Under the pieces are notes generated by a model. It did no database searches. It saw nothing but the letters and a program-made list of their open reading frames with translations, and had not been told where the DNA came from. The position numbers and the translations under genes are program-made. Source: a virus. Taken from it: a stretch of DNA of 64,000 nucleotides. Location of the stretch: the IMG/VR virus record IMGVR_UViG_3300010885_049703, positions 1-64,000 of that record. One strand, 5' to 3'. Of this stretch, positions 29,241-39,333 are shown in pieces; the stretch's first letter is position 1; each line of letters opens with the position of its first letter.

Positions 29241-30632
29241 ATGGCTTATCAGATTAACTTAACTGACGGTACCCCGTTTGCAACCATTGCAGATGGTACT
29301 ATCAATACATCAACCAACATGATACTTGTTGGTAAAAACTACGCAGGTTACGGTGAGTTTCTTGACGGCAACTTCATTCACTTGCTGGAAAATGCTTCCA
29401 GTGTCACTGCTCCGGGAAACCCACTCACTGGGCAACTGTGGTGGGACAAAGGCAGTAATCTATTAAAAGTCTATAACGGAACTAGTTTTAAAACTATTTC
29501 AGCTGCCACTGCTTCAAGTACCGCACCTACCAGCAACGTTACCGGTGACTTATGGTATGATATTCCCAATCAGCAATTAAATGTTTACAATGGTACAGCA
29601 TTTATTCTAGTTGGCCCTCAAAGCAGTGCAGGTACAGGCACAACTGGTGCTATTCCGGCATTGGTCACTGATACTCCAGCTGGTATCACGCATACAATTA
29701 TTAAACTCACAGTTGCTGACACAGTTGTTGGTACAGTATCACAAGATGCTGAGTTTACGCCATCTGGTGCTGGAATTCCAGGATTCACAACAATTAAACC
29801 TGGTATTACATTGGCCAGCACTGTTGGTGGACAAGTGCCATTATTTCAAGGTACTGCTGCTAGTGCAGTATTACTAAACGGGGTTGCTTCTACAGGATTT
29901 ATACGTACAAGTGGGGTGGGACAGACTATGTCTGTGTCGTTGGGAATTCTGAACAACACCGGACTGACAGTTGGATCTAACAGCGATTTAAAAGCCTCAG
30001 TTGTTGGTACAACGGCCACAATACAAAATCAAACCCAAGACGGTAATGTCAATTTCGCAGTCAATGATGGTGGCGTGACTACTACTGTCATGACTCTTGA
30101 TGGTGCCAATGGTTCAGTTAATTTTGGCGCCACAACATCAGTGACACTGGCAGGCATTACCAAAAGTGGAGCAAATGCCAACGGTAATATTGGATCAACT
30201 TCAAATTATTTTAATCGTGTGTTTGCCACTGCTACCACAGCATTGTATGCTGACGTTGCAGAACGCTTTGCAGCTGATACAGAATATGCACCAGGCACAG
30301 TGGTTGAGCTAGGTGGCATCAATGAAATTACCTGTGCGCTGAATGATCTGTCAGATAATGTGTTTGGTGTGATAAGTACCCGAGCAGCATTCTTAATGAA
30401 TGGTGGCGCAGGAGAAGACGATACTCACCCCCCAGTGGCAATGACAGGGCGTGTTCCAGTGCGGTGTGTTGGCGCAGTCAAAAAAGGCGATCGTCTAGTT
30501 TCAGCAGGTAATGGACTGGCACGATCAGCACTGCCAGGCGAAGCAACTGCCTTCAATGTTATTGGCCGGTCCCTTGTAGATAAAACAGATTTAAATGAAG
30601 ATATGGTAGAAGCCATAGTAACTATTAAGTAA
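29241..30632 (+). CDS. tail fibre protein with C-terminal chaperone/autoprocessing-like domain
   Basis: LVGKNYAGYGE..NF..LLEN and GQLWWD/GDLWYD repeats, T/G/S-rich shaft, C-terminal YADVAERF..D..Y.PGTVV..GVIST..PVAMTGRVPV. Confidence 0.7.
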   Translation: MAYQINLTDGTPFATIADGTINTSTNMILVGKNYAGYGEFLDGNFIHLLENASSVTAPGNPLTGQLWWDKGSNLLKVYNGTSFKTISAATASSTAPTSNVTGDLWYDIPNQQLNVYNGTAFILVGPQSSAGTGTTGAIPALVTDTPAGITHTIIKLTVADTVVGTVSQDAEFTPSGAGIPGFTTIKPGITLASTVGGQVPLFQGTAASAVLLNGVASTGFIRTSGVGQTMSVSLGILNNTGLTVGSNSDLKASVVGTTATIQNQTQDGNVNFAVNDGGVTTTVMTLDGANGSVNFGATTSVTLAGITKSGANANGNIGSTSNYFNRVFATATTALYADVAERFAADTEYAPGTVVELGGINEITCALNDLSDNVFGVISTRAAFLMNGGAGEDDTHPPVAMTGRVPVRCVGAVKKGDRLVSAGNGLARSALPGEATAFNVIGRSLVDKTDLNEDMVEAIVTIK

Positions 30633-30642
30633 GGATAAAGTA

Positions 30643-31614
30643 ATGACATATTCATCAGGCGGATTGATTGAAGCTACAGATTACAATGGCTTTGTTTCAA
30701 CAAATGTAGCCAATATTAATGCAATTTGGTCAACCGGAAGCAGTGATTTTGGCTGGGGTGAAACTGCACTGAGCACAGTCTCATCGGCAGCAACAATCAC
30801 AGCCACTCAGTGGGCCACATTAGTAAATCAAATCTCTACATTGGGCAGCCAGACAGGAACAACTATCACCAGCAGAGCAGCGCCAACCGCAGGTGATACA
30901 ATTTCTGTTTTAGCTGCAGTTGGCACAGATATGACAAATATTGCTGCCAATCGTGGAAATGCAGTGGGAGCAGGCTCGCAGTATACATCTTGGACTGGCA
31001 CCAGTGGATGGACTACTAACATTGGCGGACCTGGCTCATTCCTTACATTCACTCACAATGTGACATTTCCATCAGCCACGGCAGCTCGTTATTTTTGGAA
31101 CGCAGGCGGTCGAGTATTGATTCGATTTGGTAAAAGTTCTACTGGGGAGCGCGGCGATCCAGAATGGAATGACTTGGCGCAAACCTTGTGTGGTGCCATT
31201 TCAATTACCGGAAGAATTAACAGTACCACTCAATCAATCGCTGGCGTTTCATATACAGGCACAACTAAAACAGGCGGCACAGGTACTCCAGGTACATTAA
31301 CAACCACAACTGGGTGGTATCAACTCCTAACAACAAATACTATAGTTTACAAGCAATTTGCCGACACTGCGCCGTATACCGCCAATTATATTCAGGTGCA
31401 GGCCAAAACTGGCAACACAGGTACAACATTGGACTTGACCACAACTTGGTACAATGGCGAAGGTGATGCCACCACTGGTGGTAGTCTTCCTACCGGCGCC
31501 ACTTTTGGCACAGGACCGGCAACACTGGTGACATATTATCCACCTAGTGCAACTTATCTTACCACAGCAGCATGGGGCACACCCACTGTGGTGGCCGGAG
31601 TCACAGCCGGCTAA
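30643..31614 (+). CDS. Thr/Gly-rich virion structural (fibre-associated) protein
   Basis: Very T/G/S/A rich. YFWNAGG motif. Last gene before the terminator. Confidence 0.55.
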   Translation: MTYSSGGLIEATDYNGFVSTNVANINAIWSTGSSDFGWGETALSTVSSAATITATQWATLVNQISTLGSQTGTTITSRAAPTAGDTISVLAAVGTDMTNIAANRGNAVGAGSQYTSWTGTSGWTTNIGGPGSFLTFTHNVTFPSATAARYFWNAGGRVLIRFGKSSTGERGDPEWNDLAQTLCGAISITGRINSTTQSIAGVSYTGTTKTGGTGTPGTLTTTTGWYQLLTTNTIVYKQFADTAPYTANYIQVQAKTGNTGTTLDLTTTWYNGEGDATTGGSLPTGATFGTGPATLVTYYPPSATYLTTAAWGTPTVVAGVTAG

Positions 31615-31633
31615 TACGCCATTTTGGCAACAC

Positions 31634-31653
31634 AAAGGGCCCTTGGGCCCTTT
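31634..31653 (+). terminator. intrinsic terminator ending the structural operon
   Basis: AAAGGGCC-CTTG-GGCCCTTT hairpin followed by ACTTTT. Confidence 0.7.
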
Positions 31654-31679
31654 ACTTTTATCTAATCTTCCTGTATAAT
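31651..31679 (+). promoter_or_regulatory. sigma70-type promoter heading the biosynthetic cluster
   Basis: TTTACT-17 nt-TATAAT. ATG 31686 lies 6 nt after the -10 box. Confidence 0.6.
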
Positions 31680-31685
31680 AACACG

Positions 31686-31991
31686 ATGGAAACTGACTTA
31701 TTATCACATAGCCGCGCCCGTTTTAATCACGAGGCAGCCCGGCGTATACTTCGTGAAAAGTACGAAGCCAAAATGCTTTTTGCCTATCGTGGCGGCATGT
31801 GGCGTGCTGGCCCGGAACTTAATAATATGATATTCACCTGTGGTCGTATGGGAGAAGTTGTATTGCCAGACTTATATGGCAATCCTGTTAAGATCAACAC
31901 ACAAGAATTAATGCCATTAAGTCAGGAACGTTGGAACGAACAGATGACAGCCTGGTTGGTGGAATTTGAAGAATTGAGCCAACTGCGATGA
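31686..31991 (+). CDS. hypothetical protein (101 aa)
   Basis: Start re-set to ATG 31686, since the longer ORF would span the terminator. ATGA-coupled to the next gene. Confidence 0.6.
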   Translation: METDLLSHSRARFNHEAARRILREKYEAKMLFAYRGGMWRAGPELNNMIFTCGRMGEVVLPDLYGNPVKINTQELMPLSQERWNEQMTAWLVEFEELSQLR

Positions 31992-32803
31992 CCACAGGTG
32001 CATTGATATTTGCATTTAACAATGCCGAAATCAATTATGTGAGCATGGCTGCATGGAATGCCGGCAATATCCAGCGGCATCTTGGAATACCAACGTCGTT
32101 GGTCACTGACTGTATTGATCCCAGCTGCAATGATGTTTACGATAAATTTGATCGCGTTATCGTAGTAGAAAAACCCCGAGCAGGTACGCGACATTTCAGC
32201 GATATTGGCACAACAGTAGATTGGTACAACACCAATCGTATGGATGCCTACTCATTGACACCATATGATCAAACCCTGGTGATTGATGCTGATTATGTTG
32301 TATGTAGCAGTGTCTTGAATGTAGCATTGACACGTGACCAGGATTTTCAGTGCTTTCAAGAAGCATTTGATATCACTGGCACCAATGACTTCAATAGCCT
32401 CAATACATTTGGTGAACACAGTTTTCCCATGTGGTGGGCCACAGTGATGATTTTTAAAAAAAGCACAGCAGCTCAATATATTTTTGACTCCATGCAGATG
32501 GTACGCGATAACTGGCAGCACTATCGCGATCTTTATAAAATACAGCGTCCCACATATCGCAATGACTTTGCCTTGAGCATTGCCTTGGGAATTTACAGTG
32601 GCCATACTTTGAAAGTAGATTCAATTCAACATCAGTTGGCCACTGTACTTCCTGAACATCGGCTACAGCAAATGTCTAAAGATGATTATCGGATCGAATA
32701 CAGCACTAGCACAGGTACCTTAAAATACATAACTTTGCGAGGAGTTAGTTTCCACGCCATGTGTAAACGAGATCTAGGAGCCATAGTTGCCAATCCTCTC
32801 TGA
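31988..32803 (+). CDS. glycosyltransferase-like protein, GT-A fold
   Basis: TPYDQTLVIDADY (DxD motif) and RNDFA. Paralogous to the next gene. Confidence 0.65.
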   Translation: MTTGALIFAFNNAEINYVSMAAWNAGNIQRHLGIPTSLVTDCIDPSCNDVYDKFDRVIVVEKPRAGTRHFSDIGTTVDWYNTNRMDAYSLTPYDQTLVIDADYVVCSSVLNVALTRDQDFQCFQEAFDITGTNDFNSLNTFGEHSFPMWWATVMIFKKSTAAQYIFDSMQMVRDNWQHYRDLYKIQRPTYRNDFALSIALGIYSGHTLKVDSIQHQLATVLPEHRLQQMSKDDYRIEYSTSTGTLKYITLRGVSFHAMCKRDLGAIVANPL

Positions 32804-33563
32804 ACGTGGGTATCTAATACCGGCGCTTGACAACGAATCTACTGACTATGTGCGCTGTGCGCAACAACTGGCACACAGCATAAGACAGTTTGAGCCTGAG
32901 GCAAAAATCGCTGTGGTGACATTACGGCGTTGTGCAGATTCAGTGTTTGATTACGTGATTCCGTTGCCGCATGGTGATTGCAGCACTGGAGATAACAAAC
33001 AGTGTAATGATTGGCAAATGTTTTCAGCATCACCGTTTCGTCAGACTATAAAACTTGAAGCTGACATGATCATTGCATCGTCGATTGATCATTGGTGGGC
33101 AATGATGCAACATCGTGATGTGTGTATTAGCACAGGGTGCAGAGACTATTATGATCAACCTGCACAATCAAGATTCTATAGAAAGTTGTTTGACACCAAC
33201 AACTTACCTGATGTCTACAATGCCATAACGTATTGGCGAGTCAGCGACACCGCCAAAGAATTCTTTAAATTAGTACGTGCAATATTTGAAAACTGGACAG
33301 AGTATCGTAAACTATTGAAATTCGCCGATGAAGAAGCCAGCACTGATGTAGTGTATGCAATGGCTGCAAAGATAGTTGGAGTAGAACAGTGCACCATGCC
33401 GTTTGCTAGTTACCCACAAATAGTTCACATGAAAAAACATATCATTAACACTCGCACTAACGACTGGACACGTGAACTGGTCTGGGAAACTGATCCCTTG
33501 CGTATTCAAACTGTGGCGCAGTGGGGAGCATTTCACTATCACATCAAGGACTGGCAACCATGA
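32787..33563 (+). CDS. glycosyltransferase-like protein, GT-A fold (paralog)
   Basis: SPFRQTIKLEADM (ExD variant), STDVVYA and IVHMK motifs align with the previous ORF. Confidence 0.6.
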   Translation: MPILSERGYLIPALDNESTDYVRCAQQLAHSIRQFEPEAKIAVVTLRRCADSVFDYVIPLPHGDCSTGDNKQCNDWQMFSASPFRQTIKLEADMIIASSIDHWWAMMQHRDVCISTGCRDYYDQPAQSRFYRKLFDTNNLPDVYNAITYWRVSDTAKEFFKLVRAIFENWTEYRKLLKFADEEASTDVVYAMAAKIVGVEQCTMPFASYPQIVHMKKHIINTRTNDWTRELVWETDPLRIQTVAQWGAFHYHIKDWQP

Positions 33564-33892
33564 CACCTGAAGAATTTTGGAATATTTTACATGCTGTGCC
33601 TGAACCGCACCCAATATTCTATAGACTGTATTACGATGATCAAGGGTCGCCCTTATTCTACAGCATGGAGGATTTACCAGGTAATTACATTGACATTGAC
33701 AAAGAAACTTATTTTCAATCCAGCAGTTATGTAAGAGTGCGTGACGGTCAATTAATTCGCACCAGCATAAACACCAGTCGCAAATTAGTGCCCAGCAGCA
33801 TTGGATTTGCGTGTGATCCCAATGACGTTGCTGTAGTCAGCGACTCTTCCTCTAACCGATGGGCAGTAAAAAACTATGATTCAGAAAATTGA
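33560..33892 (+). CDS. hypothetical protein
   Basis: ATGA-coupled start at 33560. Overlaps the next gene. Confidence 0.6.
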   Translation: MTPEEFWNILHAVPEPHPIFYRLYYDDQGSPLFYSMEDLPGNYIDIDKETYFQSSSYVRVRDGQLIRTSINTSRKLVPSSIGFACDPNDVAVVSDSSSNRWAVKNYDSEN

Positions 33893-34802
33893 TATTGCAG
33901 ACTTAGATTGTATATTTTTAACTTATGATGAACCAAATGCTGAGACAAATTGGGTGCATGTTAGGAACATGGTGCCCTGGGCACGACGAGTGGATGGCGT
34001 TAAAGGGTCAGACGCTGCCCACAAAGCGGCAGCCATGGCTTCTGTTACCGATCGGTTTGTGCTCATTGATGGTGATAACATCCCTGATATTGGCTTTTTT
34101 TCATGTACACTGGAGTTGGATGATACCAATCGCGATTGTGTATTTCGCTGGCGTGCCAGGAATAACGTTAACGGACTAATGTATGGTAACGGTGGTATAA
34201 GTTGCTGGACAAAGGATTATGTACTAAACATGCTGACACACGAAGCGTCGGATGGCTCTGATGAGACTGCTGTAGAGTTTTGTTTTCACCCCCGGTACTG
34301 GGCAATGCATGATTGTTATAGTACCACACATATCAATGCCACTGACTTTCAGGCCTGGCGTGCTGGCTTCCGCGAAGGTGTTAAGATGTGTTTGGATCGT
34401 GGTCGCCGTCCTAGCATCAGTGAATTCCAACACCGTGTGGCACAACGTAACTTGGACAACCTAACTATCTGGCACAACATTGGCCGTGATATAGAAAACG
34501 GGGAGTGGGCTATTGCAGGATCACGACAAGGCACTTACATGACAATGCTCACAGAGTGGGACTACGCCAAGGTACAAAATTTTGATGAGTTGGCAGATCT
34601 TTGGAAGTCAGTGCAATCACAAGAACCCAACACGCTTGCTGGCAGAATGGCCGAAGAGTTGCACACACAATTAAACTTACCAATGCATTATACACAAGCA
34701 GGAGAAAGTGAATTTTTCAAGCATCATTATCAAGCCAACTGGCGTAATCGTGGCACGATGGTGCAAGAAATTGATGTCATTAGACAACAAGGAGTCTGGT
34801 AA
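33876..34802 (+). CDS. glycosyltransferase-like protein, GT-A fold
   Basis: IFLTYDEPNAE..W, RVDGVKG..AAHKAAA, LIDGDN (DxD), NGLMYGNGG and AWRAGFRE motifs. Confidence 0.6.
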   Translation: MIQKIDIADLDCIFLTYDEPNAETNWVHVRNMVPWARRVDGVKGSDAAHKAAAMASVTDRFVLIDGDNIPDIGFFSCTLELDDTNRDCVFRWRARNNVNGLMYGNGGISCWTKDYVLNMLTHEASDGSDETAVEFCFHPRYWAMHDCYSTTHINATDFQAWRAGFREGVKMCLDRGRRPSISEFQHRVAQRNLDNLTIWHNIGRDIENGEWAIAGSRQGTYMTMLTEWDYAKVQNFDELADLWKSVQSQEPNTLAGRMAEELHTQLNLPMHYTQAGESEFFKHHYQANWRNRGTMVQEIDVIRQQGVW

Positions 34803-34803
34803 T

Positions 34804-35850
34804 ATGAGTTTAATTAACAGCCATTGCGGGTTTGCACCACTGCAAGAAGTCTGGCTAGGTGATGTATATCCAACACACTTTTATGATCATTTGTCTGCAC
34901 CAGTACGCGATGCATTTCATACCATTACTGAATGGACCAAGGAAGACCTAGGCAAAATACATGCTAAACTAACTGAGCTGGGCGTAATTGTACGTAGACC
35001 TGAATACCATAGCATAGACGATTGTTTAAATCATAACGACAACTTGTTGAAACCTGTGGTTGCAGCCCGAGATGACACATTAGTGTTAGGATCAACTATG
35101 TATCATCTACGTAATCAATTTCGTCAAAACCCTTGGCAACAAGCACTGGATGATTACAGGGCCAGTGGCGCCACAGTATTAGAATATCAAGAAGGTGAGC
35201 CTTGGGCATGTATAAGTCCCCCGTGCATGGTACGTATTGGCCGCGACTTATATATAGATTGGATATACCACAACCATGTTTGGGGAATAGTAACAGAACC
35301 GTTAGTAGAACTAGCTAAAAATTATCGTGTACATGTAAGTATGATTGATGGACACAGCGATTGTGTATTTTGTCCAGTGCGAGAAGGGTTGATTCTAACT
35401 ACTGATTACAAGCAGTCTTACGACAAAACATTCCCTGGATGGCAAATACACAATATCAATCACAAGAAACGTAAAGGATCTCTAAACATGAGTGGTGGGT
35501 TTCATCAATGGCATGTACCTGATGTTAAAATAGGTGCCAACAAAGAGTTCCAGCAACATGTACAAACGAAAGCACAAGATTGGATAGGTAGTTACCAGGA
35601 AACTGTATTTGATGTAAATTTGCTAATAGTTGATGACAAAAATATTCTTAGCATAGGAGACGATGACGAAACATTTGAGTTCTTACACCATCAGGGTTAT
35701 AATGTGCATGCCTTTGATTTTCGTTGTAGAAATTTTTGGGACGGCGGCATGCATTGTTTAACAAATGACATTCGTAGGACTGGCGATTGCAAGGACTATT
35801 TCCCACACCGTGGTGGCGCAGCATTGGATTGGTTAATTGATGGAAGTTGA
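34804..35850 (+). CDS. amidinotransferase (pentein superfamily)
   Basis: Start re-set to ATG 34804. INS...PLQEVWLG, ARD, GHSD and C-terminal WDGGMHCLT with the catalytic Cys. Confidence 0.8.
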   Translation: MSLINSHCGFAPLQEVWLGDVYPTHFYDHLSAPVRDAFHTITEWTKEDLGKIHAKLTELGVIVRRPEYHSIDDCLNHNDNLLKPVVAARDDTLVLGSTMYHLRNQFRQNPWQQALDDYRASGATVLEYQEGEPWACISPPCMVRIGRDLYIDWIYHNHVWGIVTEPLVELAKNYRVHVSMIDGHSDCVFCPVREGLILTTDYKQSYDKTFPGWQIHNINHKKRKGSLNMSGGFHQWHVPDVKIGANKEFQQHVQTKAQDWIGSYQETVFDVNLLIVDDKNILSIGDDDETFEFLHHQGYNVHAFDFRCRNFWDGGMHCLTNDIRRTGDCKDYFPHRGGAALDWLIDGS

Positions 35851-36808
35851 TGTAGTTACTAGCGATTCGCTGATTTGGAACAAACAACAATTTATATTTG
35901 ATCTGATTGTTGCAGCGCAATCAGGCCAAGTCGTTGTGAATTTACTGCACGAAGGCCCTGACTGCATCGCTGCAGGTATAGATTTGGTACTAGATCAAAT
36001 TTGCGAATTAATGAGTCTGCCACGGGAGCATTTTTTAATACAGACTAGCAATCAACTAAGTTCTAGCGCATATCCTGAACAAAGAACATCGTTTGTTGAG
36101 TTAGCGTTAGCAAAGACGTTGGCAACGCAGAGGTTACCACAAACAAGCACATTGCAGCATAAATTTGGTATATTCATAGGTCGTAGTAACTGGCAAAGAT
36201 TGGGACTAGCAGCATATTTGAGCTCACAGTATCCTGAGCAAACCACAATGACTTTTCACTACGATAATCAAATTGATTATCATCGCAATAATTTTGGGAT
36301 CGAAGAATTTGTACAACGTAATTGGGAACGTGCTCCACAGATACTGGAGTTTTTGAAACGTTTGCCTATTACAAACGATCATCAAACTTATCCTATTTTA
36401 TGGAACAAACAAGGATTTGATTTACAAGAGCAATATAAATCCTTGTTTGTTGAAATAGTATGCGAAACTTACTTTACTGGTCGCACATTTTTTATAACTG
36501 AAAAAACTCTACGGTGTATTGTAAATCGTAGGCCATTTTTAGTGCAAGGTCCTAGATGCTATCTAAAAAATTTGCATGCACTGGGATTTAAAACATTTGA
36601 TCAGTGGTGGGACGAAGGGTATGATTTAGATCATTCAGATGCTAGATATCAAACACTATGCAATGGTATAGATTGGATCGCACAACAATCATCAAATACA
36701 ATACAGCAATGGTATCAAGACATGCAACCAGTATTGGAACACAATATAGAATGTTTAAAACAACTAAGCACAAAAAAGATACTTACAACAGATTTTTCTT
36801 ATGAATAA
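35840..36808 (+). CDS. glycosyltransferase-like protein (GT10-like TEK motif)
   Basis: EIVCET...FITEKT.R.I...RPF.V.G...LGFKTF..WDEGYD. One of four paralogs. Confidence 0.5.
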   Translation: MEVDVVTSDSLIWNKQQFIFDLIVAAQSGQVVVNLLHEGPDCIAAGIDLVLDQICELMSLPREHFLIQTSNQLSSSAYPEQRTSFVELALAKTLATQRLPQTSTLQHKFGIFIGRSNWQRLGLAAYLSSQYPEQTTMTFHYDNQIDYHRNNFGIEEFVQRNWERAPQILEFLKRLPITNDHQTYPILWNKQGFDLQEQYKSLFVEIVCETYFTGRTFFITEKTLRCIVNRRPFLVQGPRCYLKNLHALGFKTFDQWWDEGYDLDHSDARYQTLCNGIDWIAQQSSNTIQQWYQDMQPVLEHNIECLKQLSTKKILTTDFSYE

Positions 36809-38192
36809 AGGTGATGAATTAGTAGGAACCAAAAGCAAGTTTTTAACTTCTGCTGAGCAAATGAAAGAACAACTGGGACCTGCACGTTGCTATGCCAAGT
36901 GGCAGCAGGTTAGTCTGCATTTAACTACGGGCATGACCAACAGTTGCTATCATCCACCACTGCATGAAATAGATGCCACTTTACTGGCAGATAACCCTGG
37001 TGCATTACATAACACGCCGTATAAGAAAGAACAGCGTAAGATTATGTTGCGCAATGAACGTCCGGAGGAATGTAGTTATTGCTGGACACAAGAAGACATG
37101 GGCAACTTGTCAGACCGGCATTATCGTAGTGGAGAGCCTTGGGCTGATATAGATCTAACAAACTTAACCGGAGATGAAGATGTCATACCTACCTATGTGG
37201 AAGTTAATTTTAGTAATGTTTGCAATCTCAAGTGTAGCTATTGCAGCCCACAGTATAGTTCAACGTGGGCTGACGAAACTAACCGACATGGGGCCTATCC
37301 TACTAGAGTCCCTCATAATGAGCCGAGTCATTTTAACGGGCGTCGTAAGCCTATACCTGTTCGCGAAGATAACCCTTATGTAGAAGCATTCTGGCGTTGG
37401 TGGCCGCAGTTATATCCCAGACTAAAGCATTTTCGTATGACCGGTGGTGAACCATTGCTGGATAAAAACACATACCGGGTATTTGACTATGTGTTGGCAT
37501 TGCCCAAGATGGATCTGCACCTAAACGTTACATCAAATTTCAGTGTTGATTATCATGTGTTTTCACGGTATCTTGATTACGTCAAGAGATTATGCAATAC
37601 ACAAATTGAACATTTTATGCAGTATGTCAGCGTTGACACCGGTGATTGGATGCAAGCTGAATACATTAGACATGGCCTTGATATGAATTTGATGTTGAGT
37701 CATGTCAACAATTATCTTGATGAAGTGCCCAATCGCAGCAGCCTTACATTTATCATCACACTAAACAATCTCAGTGTAACAGGACTGGATCAACTGTTAG
37801 ATTATATTTTAGAACTACGTGCTAGATACAGTAAGACTTATCAACGTGTGTGGTTTGATACACCATTGCTGAGACAACCACGCTGGCAGAGTTTACAGAT
37901 ACTTCCTGTTGCATATCAACGACGCATAGAGCAACACATAGAATTCATGCGGCAGAATCTTATGCCTGAGGGTAGTTTTGTAGGATTCAAAGATTATGAA
38001 GTACAACGTATGCAACGTGCCTTGGATTGGATGCGCGAGCCACAGGATGCTGTAGAAGTAAACACCGCACGAGCAGACTTCTATCGCTTTTTTGGCGAAC
38101 ATGATCGCCGCCGTGGTACTAACTTCGTAGAAACTTTTCCAGAGATGACGACTTTTTGGCAGGAATGTGAATCACATGCTCGGCAATCGTAA
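36801..38192 (+). CDS. radical SAM enzyme with N-terminal twitch/SPASM-like domain (1)
   Basis: CNLKCSYC, TGGEP, and N-terminal C..KW..CYHPP..CSYC cysteines. Confidence 0.9.
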   Translation: MNKGDELVGTKSKFLTSAEQMKEQLGPARCYAKWQQVSLHLTTGMTNSCYHPPLHEIDATLLADNPGALHNTPYKKEQRKIMLRNERPEECSYCWTQEDMGNLSDRHYRSGEPWADIDLTNLTGDEDVIPTYVEVNFSNVCNLKCSYCSPQYSSTWADETNRHGAYPTRVPHNEPSHFNGRRKPIPVREDNPYVEAFWRWWPQLYPRLKHFRMTGGEPLLDKNTYRVFDYVLALPKMDLHLNVTSNFSVDYHVFSRYLDYVKRLCNTQIEHFMQYVSVDTGDWMQAEYIRHGLDMNLMLSHVNNYLDEVPNRSSLTFIITLNNLSVTGLDQLLDYILELRARYSKTYQRVWFDTPLLRQPRWQSLQILPVAYQRRIEQHIEFMRQNLMPEGSFVGFKDYEVQRMQRALDWMREPQDAVEVNTARADFYRFFGEHDRRRGTNFVETFPEMTTFWQECESHARQS

Positions 38193-39333
38193 ATTAATCT
38201 TAGACACATTCTGTGAAGTCTACGACTTACTTCGGCCCTGGATGGATGGCGATTTTTATGATTTTTCTCAATTAACTATAGAGCCTGGCTCCATTTATAT
38301 GGTGGGCCGGGCACAGTTTAATTTGAATGTACAAAAAGTACGTGACATAGTTGACAGCAAACAAGCCATTGTAGTAATCAGTAATCCAGCCGAAGGCAGT
38401 GAAACACTCAAACATCATATGCAACGTGCCGGGGTTAATGAGTATGTGCAAGATGGAAGATTACTATTGTTAGGCGGTGGCGACATGGAGTCTGAGTATC
38501 AATATCTGCAATACGACTCTTTCTTACCAAAAGTTTACGACTATCCAGAAAACTTAATTGAATGTCAGCGAACCCCTGAGATCTATACTCAACTTGATAA
38601 ACCTTATAAGTTTTTATTCTTAAATGGTCGCGCTCGCCCGCATAGAAAATTTTTGATACAAAGTTTTAGTCAATTAGGAATGTTGGACCAAGCAATCTGG
38701 ACTAATCTTGATTTGCACACAGGCAGTACTCAAGAAATAACAATGATGCGCCAAGGGAAAGATCTGATTGCAGAGACCATTCCAATTAAATTACTTGATT
38801 CAAAGTATGAAGTGAGTAGATATCATCGTAATCTCACTCGGGGATCACCAGAAAAATTTGTCAAAAATTCTCTGTTTGATATTGGAACCGGACAACCTGA
38901 ATGGGGAGAAATTTATCTCAAAGCCGATCTCTATATTGATACCTATTTTAGTGTAGTCACTGAAACAATATTCACTTATCCATATAGTTTCCGAACAGAG
39001 AAAATTTGGAAACCAGTTGCAATTGGGCATCCTTGGATAGCAGTTGCCAATGCAGGATTTTATCGCGATATCAAAAATTTGGGATTCCGTACATTTGATA
39101 AACTTATTGATGAAAGTTTTGATGACATTTCTAATAATTCAGATCGACTACATCGTGTGAAAGATGTTATAATTGATCTATATAATAGTGACTTGCCTAG
39201 TTTTATGTTAGCAGCGCAGGAAATTTGCGAATACAACCAACAACATCTCCAAGACATGCGTGTCAAAATACGTGCAGAGTTTCCAGAGAGATATCGTAAA
39301 TTTATGATTGAACAGGGAATTATCAATGAATGA
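38176..39333 (+). CDS. glycosyltransferase-like protein (GT10-like TEK motif)
   Basis: FLFLNGR.RPHR and SVVTET...RTEKIWKP...HPW...LGFRTF..IDESFD motifs. Confidence 0.5.
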   Translation: MLGNRKLILDTFCEVYDLLRPWMDGDFYDFSQLTIEPGSIYMVGRAQFNLNVQKVRDIVDSKQAIVVISNPAEGSETLKHHMQRAGVNEYVQDGRLLLLGGGDMESEYQYLQYDSFLPKVYDYPENLIECQRTPEIYTQLDKPYKFLFLNGRARPHRKFLIQSFSQLGMLDQAIWTNLDLHTGSTQEITMMRQGKDLIAETIPIKLLDSKYEVSRYHRNLTRGSPEKFVKNSLFDIGTGQPEWGEIYLKADLYIDTYFSVVTETIFTYPYSFRTEKIWKPVAIGHPWIAVANAGFYRDIKNLGFRTFDKLIDESFDDISNNSDRLHRVKDVIIDLYNSDLPSFMLAAQEICEYNQQHLQDMRVKIRAEFPERYRKFMIEQGIINE

